NCBI GenBank assembly: GCA_951406725.2
Contig: OX597822.1
Span: 96,286,001-96,350,000 of the forward strand
DNA: 64,000 bases
Direction of reading: 5' to 3'
Origin: Octopus vulgaris
Taxonomy: Eukaryota
The stretch's first letter is position 1. Every line of letters starts with the position of its first letter. Under the pieces are notes generated by a model, which worked only from the letters and a program-made list of their open reading frames with translations, made no database searches and was not told where the DNA came from. This document shows positions 44,704-57,911 of this stretch, piece by piece. A program made the translations under genes and the position numbers.

Positions 44704-47262
44704 TATATGTAAAACTATTGTCAAAACTATTGAAAAGGTTGCAACACGCAACGAAAATTTTAGGAAAATAAAAATAAGAAATAAGTGGAAATTTTATAGA
44801 TATTAGATATATGTAAAACTATTGTCAAAACTATTGTCAAAACTATTGAAAAGGTTGCAACACGCAACGAAAATTTTAGGAAAATAAAAATAAGAAATAA
44901 GTGGAAATTTTATAGATATTAGATTAGATATATGTAAAACTATTGTCAAAACTATTGAAAAGGTTGCAACACGCAACGAAAATTTTAGGAAAATAAAAAT
45001 AAGAAATAAGTGGAAATTTTATAGATATTAGATATATGTAAAACTATTGTCAAAACTATTGAAAAGGTTGCAACACGCAACGAAAATTTTAGGAAAATAA
45101 AAATAAGAAATAAGTGGAAATTTTATAGATATTAGATATATGTAAAACTATTGTCAAAACTATTGAAAAGGTTGCAACACGCAACGAAAATTTTAGGAAA
45201 ATAAAAATAAGAAATAAGTGGAAATTTTATAGATATTAGATATATGTAAAACTATTGTCAAAACTATTGAAAAGGTTGCAACACGCAACGAAAATTTTAG
45301 GAAAATAAAAATAAGAAATAAGTGGAAATTTTATAGATATTAGATATATGTAAAACTATTGTCAAAACTATTGAAAAGGTTGCAACACGCAACGAAAATT
45401 TTAGGAAAATAAAAATAAGAAATAAGTGGAAATTTTATAGATATTAGATATATGTAAAACTATAGTCAAAACTATTGAAAAGGTTGCAACACGCAACGAA
45501 AATTTTAGGAAAATAAAAATAAGAAATAAGTGGAAATTTTATAGATATTAGATATATGTAAAACTATTGTCAAAACTATTGAAAAGGTTGCAACACGCAA
45601 CGAAAATTTTAGGAAAATAAAAATAAGAAATAAGTGGAAATTTTATAGATATTAGATATATGTAAAACTATTGTCAAAACTATTGAAAAGGTTGCAACAC
45701 GCAACGAAAATTTTAGGAAAATAAAAATAAGAAATAAGTGGAAATTTTATAGATATTAGATATATGTAAAACTATAGTCAAAACTATTGAAAAGGTTGCA
45801 ACATGCAACGAAAATTTTAGGAAAATAAAAATAAGAAATAAGTAGAAATTTTATAGATATTAGATATATGTAAAACTATAGGCAAAACTATTGAAAAGGT
45901 TGCAACATGCAACGAAAATTTTAGGAAAATAAAAATAAGAAATAAGTAGAAATTTTATAGATATTAGATATATGTAAAACTATTGTCAAAACTATTGAAA
46001 AGGTTGCAACACGCAACGAAAATTTTAGGAAAATAAAAATAAGAAATAAGTGGAAATTTTATAGATATTAGATATATGTAAAAGTATTGTCAAAACTATT
46101 GAAAAGGTTGCAACACGCAACGAAAATTTTAGGAAAATAAAAATAAGAAATAAGTGGAAATTTTTTAAAAATTAAGATAGCCTGTGTTCGGGGCTGGGAT
46201 ATGAAGCAGCTGTGTCAAAACTATTAAAGAAATCAGGTGAAAGATGTAGAAGTTATTGAGGTACATCAATTTGTACAGAGAGAGAGAGGGGGACGGACAG
46301 ACGGAGAGAGAAAGAAAGCTTCAATTTTATAGATATTAGATATATGTAAAACTATTGTCAAAACTATTGAAAAGGTTGCAACACGCAACGAAAATTTTAG
46401 GAAAATAAAAATAAGAAATAAGTGGAAATTTTATAGATATTAGATATATGTAAAACTATTGTCAAAACTATTGTCAAAACTATTGAAAAGGTTGCAACAC
46501 GCAACGTTTTCAATAAAGTTAAGAAATAAGTTTTGACAATTTTATAGATATCTAGATATATATAAATTTTTATTTTTATTTTCTAAAATTTTCGTTGCGT
46601 TGAAAAGGTTTCAAGTTTTGACAATAGTTTTAGGATATATCTAATATCTATAAAATTGAAGTTTTCTCTCTCCGTCTGTCCGTCCCCCTCTCTAAAACTA
46701 TTGTACAAAAAATTGATGTACTCAATAACTTCTACATCTTTCACCTGATTTCTTTAAAACTTTATAAGAAATAAGAAATAAGAAATAAGTAGAAATTTTA
46801 TAGATATTAGATATATGTAAAACTATTGAAAAGGTTCAAAACGGAAATTTTAGGAAAATAAAAATAAGAAATAAGTATAGTCAAAACTATTGAAAAGGTT
46901 GCAACATGCAACGAAAATTTTAGGAAAATAAAAATAAGAAATAAGTAGAAATTTTATAGATATTAGATATATGTAAAACTATTGTCAAAACTATTGAAAA
47001 GGTTGCAACACGCAACGAAAATTTTAGGAAATAAAAATAAGAAATAAGTGGAAATTTTATAGATATTAGATATATGTAAAACTATAGTCAAAACTATTGA
47101 AAAGGTTGCAACATGCAACGAAAATTTTAGGAAAATAAAAATAAGAAATAAGTGGAAATTTTATAGATATTAGATATATGTAAAAGTATTGTCAAAACTA
47201 TTGAAAAGGTTGCAACACGCAACGAAAATTTTAGGAAAATAAAAATAAGAAATAAGTGGAAA
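44688..47262 (+). repeat. 104-bp tandem array, each unit with a UUGAAAA-core hammerhead-like motif
   Basis: Period 104 (45021, 45125, 45229...); about 19 motifs; scrambled inverted patch at 46500-46870; runs into the parent repeat up to 47390. Confidence 0.9.
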
Positions 47263-47402
47263 TGTTACCGGTGAGTGAGTTAAATAATAAGGCACAAAAC
47301 GAAAATGTCTCTCCCCAGACACAACAGAATATGCTTCAACACACGAACTCCTATAAAGAATCTTGCAAACCAAATCCAAAAACGAAATAGATATATGTAT
47401 AT

Positions 47403-47822
47403 TCATTACACACATGTGAGTGAGAACACTTTGAGATATTTTTGGTATCTAACATATGTCAGATACTGCGAGCGCTGCTTCTGATTGGTCAATCCATGGT
47501 GATGACCCGAGGTCACGGTGACAGCGCTGCTTCTGATTGGTCAATTCATGGTGTTGACCCGAGGTCACGGTGACGGCACTACTTTTGTCATTCATAAGTT
47601 ACAACTAAACGTGAAGAATTTAGTTATTGGGTTAATAAAATATGGTCGTTTATTCATGTGTAATAAATAAAATACCAAACTCATTCCCTATGGATACCGT
47701 ATTTATTACAACGAGTGGCTTGTAAACGTATCTAACTCGCTTTCACTCGTTAGATACGTTTACAAGCCACGAGTTGTAATAAATACGGTATCCATAGGGA
47801 ATGAGTTTGGTATTCTCTCTAT
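47403..47822 (+). mobile_element. Crypton-like palindromic element, second copy
   Basis: Near-identical reverse complement of 38468-38883. Confidence 0.55.
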
Positions 47823-48659
47823 ATCTTTAAAGGCAATGGCAAACCACCCCAATATCTCTTGCTTAGAAGACACTATGAATAAGTCAGAACGAGATAACGC
47901 CACGACTTCATTCCATGGGAGACCTCACGCTTAATCTGGAAAACTTTCGTCGTAGTGTCATTAACGCGTTGCAATAGCGTACGATGCATGACGTCGACGG
48001 GGTAAGAATTTCTCTGTCTGAAGAATTTCTAAAAAGAAATTCCTCACATGTCTATCTAACATGTAAAACTTTGTTATTCCTATCAGCAAATGAAACACGT
48101 GTAATGGTGAATAAATAACACCCAAAAAATCCCCCCCTTCCTGTTTTGTTACACAATAACTCTGCAAATAATGTTTCCATTATTCTCAATTTTAATGTTT
48201 CGTTTGCCTAACATCCAGCAGGCAGCTGGGACCACATATTGGATTTTAATAATGGAATAAGCAGATGTGCTTCAAGAGGAAACAGCTGGAATTTACCCGA
48301 ACTATATAACCAACTGGTGGAAGATCTGCCTAGGGTTAAATAAGTAGTAACATGGAACATCCACTTTGATATGGCGATATATATAGAGCTATATATATAT
48401 AGTCAATAATAATAAAGAGTAAAATTAATTAATTAGTAATTAATAATTAATAATAATAAATAATTAATAATAATAAATATATATAATAATATATAATATA
48501 TAATAATAAATAATTAATAATAATAAAGGGTAAAATTAATTAATGAATTAGTAGAGGAAATAGCTAAATTCTTTGGCTGCTATTTCTAAAAGTTCGGTAT
48601 GTGGTAAAGCAAATTTTTTTGCTGAACCCTAATTATATAAAGTAATATATATATATATA

Positions 48660-49043
48660 TATATAAACGGCAGTTTGTCTGTGTGTGTTTCTGTGTGTCT
48701 GTTTTCTCGTACCCTCACTCTGACCACGGCTTTCAACCGATTCTGATGAAACTTGACACACGCATAGCCCAATGTCATAATTTAAAACTAACGCAGCGAA
48801 AATTTTGAAAAGTTCCCCCAGTTCTGAAAAAAAAATCGATAAATTCGACATGGGGGGTCGAGAATCAGAAACCCAAACCGCAGACCGTCTAGGGGACGCA
48901 ACTCCACCTTTTTTAACTCTCAAAAAAAATTTACCATCATTTTTTTTTTCCATTTTTTTTGCTATTTTTTGGCTATAACTCTCTAAAAATGCTTTATAGT
49001 TATTTCCCTTACAAACCTGAGCAACGCCGGGCGATACTGCTAG
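48660..49043 (+). mobile_element. Helitron family B in a TA tract
   Basis: 3' hairpin and CTAG|T. Confidence 0.85.
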
Positions 49044-49115
49044 TATATATATATTTGTTTTTGTTTTTTTCCAGTTTCAGCTCTTGAGCTGTGGCCATGC
49101 TGGGGCACCGCCATT

Positions 49116-49278
49116 GTGGTGAAAGAGTACAGCAGGGATCACCACCCCCTGCCGGAGCCTCGTAGAGCTCCCTAGGTGTTTTCGCTCAATAAACACACAC
49201 AACGCCCAGTCTGAGAATCGAAACCGCGATCCTGCGACCGCGAGTCCGCTGCCCTAACCACTAGGCCATTGCGCCTCT
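49116..49278 (-). mobile_element. SINE family 1 5' fragment
   Basis: Head rc ccattgcgcctc. Confidence 0.85.
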
Positions 49279-49299
49279 ATAAAGAGGAAAACAATTATT

Positions 49300-50252
49300 T
49301 TTTAAATCTCTGAGCGAGAAGCAGTAACAGTACTACAGAGTAAAATCTATTTCCCAGCGTAAATTGACAGTCCTGATTAGGACGATATTACTACCTTTCT
49401 TAGACACTGGAAAACATTTTTTCCTGCTGGCTACCGACGCACAACTGCATCCTTATACCTTGAGCAAGGGACCTAATGTCCCTACTCAGTCTCAAACGGT
49501 AGCTGCGGACGGCGGTTTCTGGGTTATTTCCCTCCATCGGCTCAGAATAACCGTTGACAAGAGATGACAGCACTAGGCCTTGTTCGACGTACTGTTACTA
49601 CTTACTTCTCGCTCAGAGATTTAAAACCAATGGTTTTTATCCTCTTTACGAGATCAATGGCTGTGTGTCACTTTAAAAGTATATACCTCGAACAAGGCCT
49701 GGTACTGCTATCTCTATCTCTAGCCAACGGTTATTCTGTGCCGATGAAGAGACATAACCCAGAAACCATGGTTCGTAGGTACCGTTTAAGGCTGAGTGGG
49801 GACATTAGCTACCTTGTTCGAGATATAAGGACGCAATTGTAAGTCGGTAGACAGCTAGAAAAGATGTTTCCCTGTGCTAAAAAAAAGGTAGTAACATCGT
49901 CCTACCTTACGTTGGCAAATAGATTTTACTCAGTAGTACTGTTACTACTTCTCGCTCCGAGATTTCAAACTAATTGTTTTCCTCTTTACGAGATCAATGA
50001 CTTTATGTTACTTTGAGAGTATGTACCTCCAGCATCTTTAGCCAACGGTTACCCTGTGCCGATGGAGAGACATTACCCAGAAACCATGGTCCGCAAGTAC
50101 TGTTTAAGGCTGAGTAGGAACATAAGCTCCCTTGTTCAACGTATAAGGACGCAATTGGGCGTCGATAACCTGCTGGAAAAGCTGTTTTCTTGGGGCTAAA
50201 AAAGGTAGTAAAATCGTCCTAATCAGGACTGCCAATTTACGTTGGCAAATAG

Positions 50253-50259
<7 letters not shown>
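49300..50259. mobile_element. Retrozyme/Penelope-like array: one inverted and two direct units of 325-347 bp
   Basis: Units at 49589 and 49936 (+) and 49300-49588 (-); decayed hammerhead motifs at 49736-49778, 50054-50096 and 49503-49545. Confidence 0.65.
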
Positions 50260-50283
<24 letters not shown>

Positions 50284-50292
50284 TCTCTTTGA

Positions 50293-50324
<32 letters not shown>

Positions 50325-50596
50325 ATATATATATAGTGTGTGTATATGTGTGTGTATGTATGTATGTATGTATGTATGTATGTATGTATGTATGTATGTA
50401 CGTACGTACGTATGTATGCATGTAGGTAGGCAGGCAGGTAGGTAGGTAGGTAGGTAGGTAGGTAGGTTGGTAGGTAGGTAGGTAGGTAGGTAGGTAGGTA
50501 GGTAGGTAGGTAGGTAGGTTGGTAGGTAGGTAGGTTTGTAGGTAGATAGGTAGGTAGGTAGGTAGGTAGGTAGGTAGGTAGGCAGGCAGATAGGTA
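50260..50596. repeat. Compound (CA)(CT)(ATGT)(GTAG)n microsatellite
   Basis: Seen directly. Confidence 0.97.
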
Positions 50597-50867
50597 TGAG
50601 TCACCTATCGCCTGCAAACGTGTGTGACTTTGTAATATGCAACTTGTCAGCTGTTTCAGGTGCCTAATGTAGTCGCTATGTAGCCTGCCTTCGTCTTCAG
50701 GACGAGGTTACTTTTGAAGTCTTCTTTGAACAGCCACATGTCAGTGTACGTGTAAAACAAAACAATGCAGTTACTAATGAGAGTTGGAATCAATGCATGC
50801 AAGATTTCACAGCTCTGGCACCACCTTCATGGTCAGCCTATGGACCTTTCAGCGCCCACCCTCGTCT

Positions 50868-50902
50868 ATGTGTGTGTGTATCTGCATGTCTGTGTGTTCG
50901 TA

Positions 50903-50935
<33 letters not shown>

Positions 50936-50948
50936 TTGTGTGTTCGTA

Positions 50949-50981
<33 letters not shown>

Positions 50982-51120
50982 GTGTCTGTGTCTGTGTCTG
51001 TGTCTGTGTGTGTGTGTGTGTCTGTGTCTGTGTGTGTGTGTGTGTGTGCGTGTGTGTGTGTGTGTGCGTGTGTCTGTGTGTCTGTGTGTGCGCGTGCGTG
51101 TGCGTGTCTGTGTGTGTCTG

Positions 51121-51174
<54 letters not shown>

Positions 51175-51222
51175 GTGTGTGTGTGTATGTGTCGTATGTG
51201 TCGTGTGTGTGTGTGTGTGCGC
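50868..51222. repeat. Imperfect (GT)n microsatellite
   Basis: Seen directly. Confidence 0.97.
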
Positions 51223-51406
51223 GCATAAATTTGCTGTTTTTAATTAATTTCATTCTTGTCAAATTTACACTGAGAAACGACTGTCCGAAAGTTTGGCTTT
51301 TCCGTTCGTCACAGCTAGTTCACTGTAAGATTTTTTAGCGATTTTACAATATAATATAATTCTTGCCGACCAGCACTAGCAACAGCAACAGCCTTTATAA
51401 AGTCAT

Positions 51407-51443
<37 letters not shown>

Positions 51444-51730
51444 CTAAAACGAATGATTGAAAGCAGAACATTTGGAAGATTTTCGTTTCTTATTCTTCCA
51501 CATATTTTGCTTTGGTATTTATAAGTAAATATAATAGTAGATATGCATCGATGCTGTAGGTGGACTAAGTTATGAACATTAGATTTATATTTAGGAATGA
51601 GGTTCACGAACTTTGTGGTCCTGGACATGTACATGTATATTACAGCAACGCCCCTCGACGTTTTGTGCCCTGTAGACCGGTTTCATAGACTATAATAACT
51701 ACCCTAAAGTTCAACCCTTCCTCAAAGCGG

Positions 51731-52020
51731 TAGGGTGGTATAAACGAGCAGTGTCAGAGCTATGCCGTCGGGAACTTCGGTTCCTGGTAAGGGCCACCCA
51801 AGGCGGATTGGTCTGGCACCGAGCGGTATTAGGGCCTCAGCCTGGCCAACGGGGTTCTGGTGAAAATTCCAAGAGGCGTTTGATCGGCAACCGGCGGCTT
51901 CGAGGTCGTTCTGTCCCTGCGTCACTCGGGATATGCATGCGGGATGTCGGGGACCGCTTGTGAATTCAATATTCCCACGAAATATTCTTCTCAGAGAAGA
52001 AGCCGGCTCAGCCCACCCTG
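51731..52020 (+). other. GC-rich segment with features of a structured RNA, unidentified
   Basis: Closing stem agggtgg/ccaccct; hairpins ggaac-TTCG-gttcc and cgg-caa-ccg. Confidence 0.4.
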
Positions 52021-52319
52021 GCTAAGTGCCGTCACAAGTACAAGTAAGTACATAGACTGTAATAGTAGGAGGAGTAGGTACATCAGGGTCTATGTTGACA
52101 AACAAATTAGACTACACAAGAATGAATGGTTGTTAGCAGCAGACGAAATACACACACATATGCTGGGTGTGCTGGCTAAATTTGACGGTTTGCTCAGTAG
52201 GAAAAGGAAACGCAATGTCCTAACCAGAAATAAAAGTATTTTAAAAAATCAAAAAAAAAAAATCGACTACAAGGGGAAAACAAAAATCATCCGCACTTTC
52301 ACCATAACATATCTTTATC

Positions 52320-52918
52320 TATTTCTTTATTGCCCACAAAGGGCTAAACATAGAGGGGACAAACAAGGACAGAAAAAGAGATTAAGTCGATTACATCGAC
52401 CCCAGTGCATAACTGGTACTTTATTTATCAACCCCGAAAGGATGAAAGGCAAAGTCGACCTAGGCGGAATTTGAATTCAGAACGTAACGGCAGACGAAAT
52501 ACCTATTTCTTTACTACCCACAAGGGGCTAAGCACATAGGGGACAAACAAGGACAGACAAACGGATTAAGTCGATTACATCGACCCCAGTGGGTAACTGA
52601 TACTTAATTTATCAACCCCGAAAGGATGAAAGGCAAAGTCGACCTTGGCGGAATTTGAACTCAGAACGTAACGGCAGACGAAATACCTATTTCTTTACTA
52701 CCCACAAGGGGCTAAGCACAAAGGGGACAAACAAGGACAGACAAACGGATTAAGTCGATTACATCGAACCAGTGCGTAACTGGTACTTAATTTATCGACC
52801 CCGAAAGAATGAAAGGCAAAGTCGACCTCGGCGGAATTTGAACTCAGAACGTAACGGCAGACGAAATACGGCTACGCATTTCGCCCGGCGTGCTAACGTT
52901 TCTGCCAGCTCGCCGCCA
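52320..52918 (-). mobile_element. SINE family 3 trimer
   Basis: One 16-bp TSD, cataacatatctttat. Confidence 0.9.
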
Positions 52919-53492
52919 TACATAACATATCTTTATTGTCACAGTGCCTTCTGCGCATGCATGCTTATAGTTGGTACTATTGTGGTCACGTGCTCGAAAT
53001 TTGAGCCTGATCGCACCATTTGTCTTTCTGGCTTTACAGTGTAAGCGTTGTCGTTCCACTAGCAGTGTGCACCAAAGAAGAACAAAGAACAGTGATCCGA
53101 TTTCTCTGGAGATTAAGAATTTTAATGGGGGTTCCTTCCCTCTTTACATACACTAACAAAAATTCTAATCATGACATATTTATCCCATACTACTCATCTT
53201 TATGCCCAGGTTCCAAAATCCAAATCTTATAAAACCCATTCAAAGATTTTTGCTCCTGAAAATTAGAACATATGGAGCTCTAAAATGTGGGAGTTAAGGC
53301 CCCTATGTGGGTCTTAATGTGGAAGTTAAGGTGTGTCAGGGGCTGAAATTCATCGGAGGCTTTTGGCACAATACGGAGACAGTGCACTATCGTGTAGAAG
53401 TGTGTATGAGTGGATCGAGAAGTTTAAGAGTAGCCAGACAAGCGTGACGCACGAAGTGGAAGCAGAACACCCGTGAACTTCCTGGACTGGAC

Positions 53493-53871
53493 TGGAAGCA
53501 CTCCGTCGGTTACGACGATGAGGGTTCCGGTTGATCCGAATCAACGGAACAGCCTGCTCGTGAAATTAAGTGTAAGTGGCTGAGCACTCCAGACACGTGT
53601 ACCCTTAACGTAGTTCTCGGGGATATTCAGCGTGACACAGAGAGTGACAAGGCCGGCCCTTTGAAATACAGGTACAACAGAAACAGGAAGTAAGAGTGAG
53701 AGAAAGTTGTGGTGAAAGAGTACAGCAGGGATCACCACCATCCCTGCCGGAGCCTCGTGGAGCTTTAGGTGTTTTCGTTCAATAAACACACACAACGCCC
53801 GGTCTGGGAATCGAAACCGCGATCCTATGACCGCGAGTCCACTGTCCTAACCACTGGGCCATTGCGCCTCC
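53493..53871 (-). mobile_element. SINE family 1
   Basis: TSD ccgtgaacttcc. Confidence 0.92.
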
Positions 53872-54184
53872 CGTGAACTTCCAACCACTGACGAGAATAT
53901 TCAGCTAACTCGAGAGATGGCAATGGTGAACCGGTTCATCATTACCATCTCTCGGATCACTGCTCTTTGTTATCTTTGGTGCACATTGCTAGTGGAGCGG
54001 CCATGTAAAGCCAGAAAGAAAAAAATGGCACGATCAGGCTCAAACTTCGATCACGTGACCACAATAGTACCAAATATAAGCACGCATGCGTAGAAGGCAG
54101 TGTGACAACAATATGGATATGGAATAACGAAAGTGAGGATAACTTTTGACTTCCCCTCGTACGTTATGACTGGGAGATAACAGT

Positions 54185-54887
54185 TTACTGAAAGTAGCTG
54201 TCTTCAACTTCCTCCACAGCCTCATGATGGTTCTGAAACCTGGCGCGTGCGTTCCTCGCCGTATCCCTGGGAATAATTTCGAACACTTCATTGATCTTGG
54301 CTACCAGCTCGGGTCTTAGTGTTGCATGCAAAGTGGTTGGTCTCTTTCTCACCGCGCCCTACACACAGTAAGCTATGGGATTACAATCGGGGGGATTAGG
54401 GGGCCCGGAAATTGGGGCTGGTGAAGCTGCAGAAATTCTCCCACAACGACTACTGACTCTTTCTGAAGGTATGGTAAAGGACGCCAAATCCTGCTGCCAC
54501 ACATATGGTCTGGCCTTCCAGCAACAACTTTCTCCAGTCAGGGTTTGACGACAGCCTCTGGTAGCTTCACATAGTCGTCGGAATTGAGCCTTAGATCTTC
54601 TTCAAGAGTGTTGGGATGAATTCAGGTAAGAGGACGCAGTCAGAATGCCTGTTGTGCCCCCTCCTGTTGGTCACGGTTTTGTAGCCTCCGTTGCCGCTGC
54701 CCATGTTACATTTTACAGCAATTACGGTGTCAACAGAGCATTGAGTAGTAGTCATGACGTCGGCATTTTGATACCCGGTACGAACCATCATGATACGGGT
54801 AACTCTTTTCCAGTATTCAGATGGCTTCCAGTTCTCCATGTCAGCTAACTTTTTCACAACTTCAACTTTAATTTTTATGCTCTCCAA
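54185..54887 (-). pseudogene. Internally deleted Tc1/mariner-superfamily transposase, DD37D/maT-like
   Basis: N-terminal HTH-like ORF, then GRPYVWQQD and SPDCNPIAYCV*GAV motifs with stops. Confidence 0.75.
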
Positions 54888-54953
54888 CGCCGTTGACTGT
54901 TCACCAAATATATCAAGCTGTTCTTGAAAAAGAGAAAATAAAATATATTCAAA

Positions 54954-55355
54954 CTAGCAGTGTAGACCAACGTAGCTCGGGCTTGTTTTCTTTTCGACCA
55001 TTTACAATTGGAATTTTTGTAAAGTAAAAATCTTGCATTACGTATCATGTTATTCTCTTTAAGTGAACATTTTTCTGGTTGAAATACACCGAAAAATAGC
55101 GACACAGCAGTCAAAAAATCGTAAAAAAATAGGGATTTTCATAGAAAAAAACGCACCTTTATGATGTAAATAATTTTTGGTGTTAACATGGTCCGATTTG
55201 AATTTTTTCTTCTACAGAATGAAGAGCAAGCCTTCTTCTATTATACTCTCAAATTTGGTCAACTTGCGCCGCAGGGTCTCGGAGGAGATAGTGTTAGTTG
55301 AAGGCTACCAAACCTGCCATACACAGAAAACTTCAGCTTTATATATAGAGAGAGA
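54954..55355 (-). mobile_element. Non-autonomous Helitron, family C
   Basis: Minus-strand TC...CTAG at an A|T site; decayed hairpin cccgagctacgttgg. Confidence 0.75.
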
Positions 55356-55972
55356 TTTAGCCCGAATACCCTGCATAATCACTAACATTTATCCTACCAC
55401 CACACACACACACACAAACACACATACCGCCACCACCACCACCATCATTACCAATACATATCCTCACACTCTTACAGACATACACGCGCCATATACATCA
55501 CCCCTCAATGCACTTAGAACACTAACACTCGTACGCACACGCACACATACGCTTATATACCAGCAACCTTGTACAGTTACAATCAATACATAACATAAAC
55601 ACACGCAGAGATGCATAATCACATCTAATAATACTATTCTCAACTAACAGCAAGACACATAACCAGCTGCAACACTTGAATCAATAAAAACTTAAATTAA
55701 CTGTAGTTAATGACCAACTAAGTAAAGTTTCACTTTAATATTTCAATATATAACTCGAGTTGATTCAATAAAACCAGTCGTAAACGAAGTAATGCATTAT
55801 TGTATTATAACAAGTTATAGTAATGAACTAGTTGACACTAGTACTCACTGTCTGCCCATCAGCTGAAAGCATTAGTATCAGATATTGCTGAATAGTCTAG
55901 ATTTGTTTTTAAATATTTATTCTACAAGACTGAATATTTGAAATGTTATTCGAAACATAGCTTTAAAAATCA

Positions 55973-57500
55973 CTTGCAGAGATACCCGGCGTTGCCCGTG
56001 TCACATGAATTGAAGAATTTGACTTTTCTTTTATATTTTCTCTAATGAACTGGAATACATATGATTCGAATTTCATCAAAACTGGAGATTAAGAATTTTA
56101 ATGGGGGTTCTTTCCCTCTTTACACACCCTAACAAAAATTCTAATCATAACATATTTATCCCATACTACTCACCTTTATGCCCAGATTCTAAAATCCAAA
56201 TCTTATGAAACCCATTCAAAGATTTTTTTTTCTCCTGAAAAATAGAGCACATGGAGCTCTAAAATGTGGGAGTTATTAGGGGGGTCTTAAAGTCAACCAG
56301 AGAAGTTGAATTGTTGGGAATCTTTTTTAACTTGTGCTTTATATCTATTGTTCAAATTTGTTTGATACCTGAAATATATGAATGTTCACTGGGTTTGTAA
56401 AAGAGAGCAAGCTACAGGAAACCAAAAGACGAATGATTACAATAAGCAGTTAGCTACCCTATCCTAGTCGTTACCACTTCCCAATTCCTCACAATACAGG
56501 TGACTGGCACAGCCATAAGATGCATTACGGATCTAAAGCAATTGGGAGTTTAACCCCACTGAAACAAACATTAACAATTGTGTGACATGAGGGCTAAGGG
56601 GAAATGAATGTGTCACCTCTGGAGTTTGCCAATGATCACTATGCCGATAGGTAACCGAACAGAATAAATTTGCAATCTATAAATCTCTTTGAATGGCCAA
56701 TCACTTACCTGGAAAGGCCTTGAAATAAACGTTGCCATCTGGGAACTATCTCTGACTCAATGATGATAAAAGACTCAAAGAGGTCTCCAACCAAATAACT
56801 TTACTCAAAATAACACTTTGCAACTGAATCAGTGAAGGCAAAGATGCCTCTCCTTTACTTGACAATTTATGCACCACATTACAGAAGTCACAATCTAAGC
56901 ATATCTCAAAGCAAAGTCTTACACTGTTGTACCATTGAATTACAAATAACGCTCATCTTGTATGCTCGGGTGACTCAACAGCTTCCAAGACTACAAGTGT
57001 ATTCGCCTTGGCTTGGGGAAAATGACTAAATTGTTGGGGTTAAGCCCCCATTAAGAAGTCTTACAAGCCTCCTAAGTAGTTGAAGCTTTAAGAATATCAC
57101 TTCATTCGTGTTTATTATCTATGGTTAAAATTTCATCAACAGCAAAAATATATGAATTTTCATGGGGGTTATGGTCTCATTTATGCCACCCTCGCTTTCA
57201 AACATATACTGCATTACATCCGCCCTTATGCATTAGAATATAATTTCCAAATTTCATGAAGTTCCATTCCGTACATTTAGCTTTGTTTTGGATCATAAAA
57301 AATGACTAAAATTTGGAAGTTAAGGCCCCCATTAGGGGGTCTTAGAATCCTCATGAGAAGCAGAAACTTTGGGAAATTTTTTTTTTTTACAGTTCCATTG
57401 ATAGACTGGATCTGTAGTCTTCGAATTAGCTTTCTCTTTTCTGTTTTTTAGAAGCCTAATTTCTCAAAATTTATTTAGGCAGTGTGTTACATATCCCAGG
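55973..57500 (-). mobile_element. Old composite Helitron-like element, boundaries uncertain
   Basis: 3' hairpin rc acccggcgttgcccg; internal repeats ccccattag..gggtctta; 56082-56290 is copied at 53106-53330. Confidence 0.45.
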
Positions 57501-57509
57501 ACCCCAATA

Positions 57510-57512
57510 ATG

Positions 57513-57544
<32 letters not shown>

Positions 57545-57911
57545 TGTATGTATGTATGTATGTATGTATGGGGAGGTTTACGAAAATAAATAAAAGACGA
57601 AGGCAGGTAGTATGGCGCTCAGGAATAGAAATAGAACAAGTCTTTTACGTTTCGAGCCTACGCTCTTCGACAGAAAGATACACAGAAAAGAAACAAGGAG
57701 AGAAAAAATGTGTGTAGGAGCTAACAGTCCATTATGATGTATGTATGTATGTATGTATGTATGTATGTATGTATGTATGTATGTATGTATGTATGTATGT
57801 ATGTATGTATGCATGCATGCATGTATGTATGTATGTATCTATGTATGCATGCATGTATGTATGTATGTATGTATGTATGTATTTATGTATGTATGTATGT
57901 ATGTATGTATG
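57510..57911. repeat. Two (ATGT)n tracts flanking a Penelope-like fragment
   Basis: Seen directly. Confidence 0.9.
57642..57677 (-). ncRNA. Hammerhead-like motif with CUGUCGA core (A6U), probably inactive
   Basis: CUUU CUGUCGA A GAGC guag GCUC GAAA CG UA AAAG. Confidence 0.5.

Larger units (their letters stand above)
52270..54159 (+). mobile_element. Mariner-derived foldback element with three nested insertions
   Basis: TA|caagggga...cccctcg|TA; N-terminal transposase CTKEEQRTVIRFLW..GAEIHRRLLAQYG..VYEW; 5' about 210 bp inverted at 53953-54159. Confidence 0.82.

Noticed and set aside
46500-46870. Inverted, scrambled patch in the array as a biological rearrangement
   Set aside because: The mosaic of both strands with many indels looks like a consensus or assembly error.
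44688-47262. CRISPR-like regular array
   Set aside because: The units are wholly repeated with no unique spacers, there are no cas genes, and the context is eukaryotic.
51731-52020. RNase P/MRP or telomerase RNA
   Set aside because: No CR-I/P4 match and no proper CUAACCCUAA template.
56709-56824. Minus-strand exon ending at a strong cag|gtaagt donor
   Set aside because: In-frame stops follow the nearest acceptor, and it lies in a probable old repeat.
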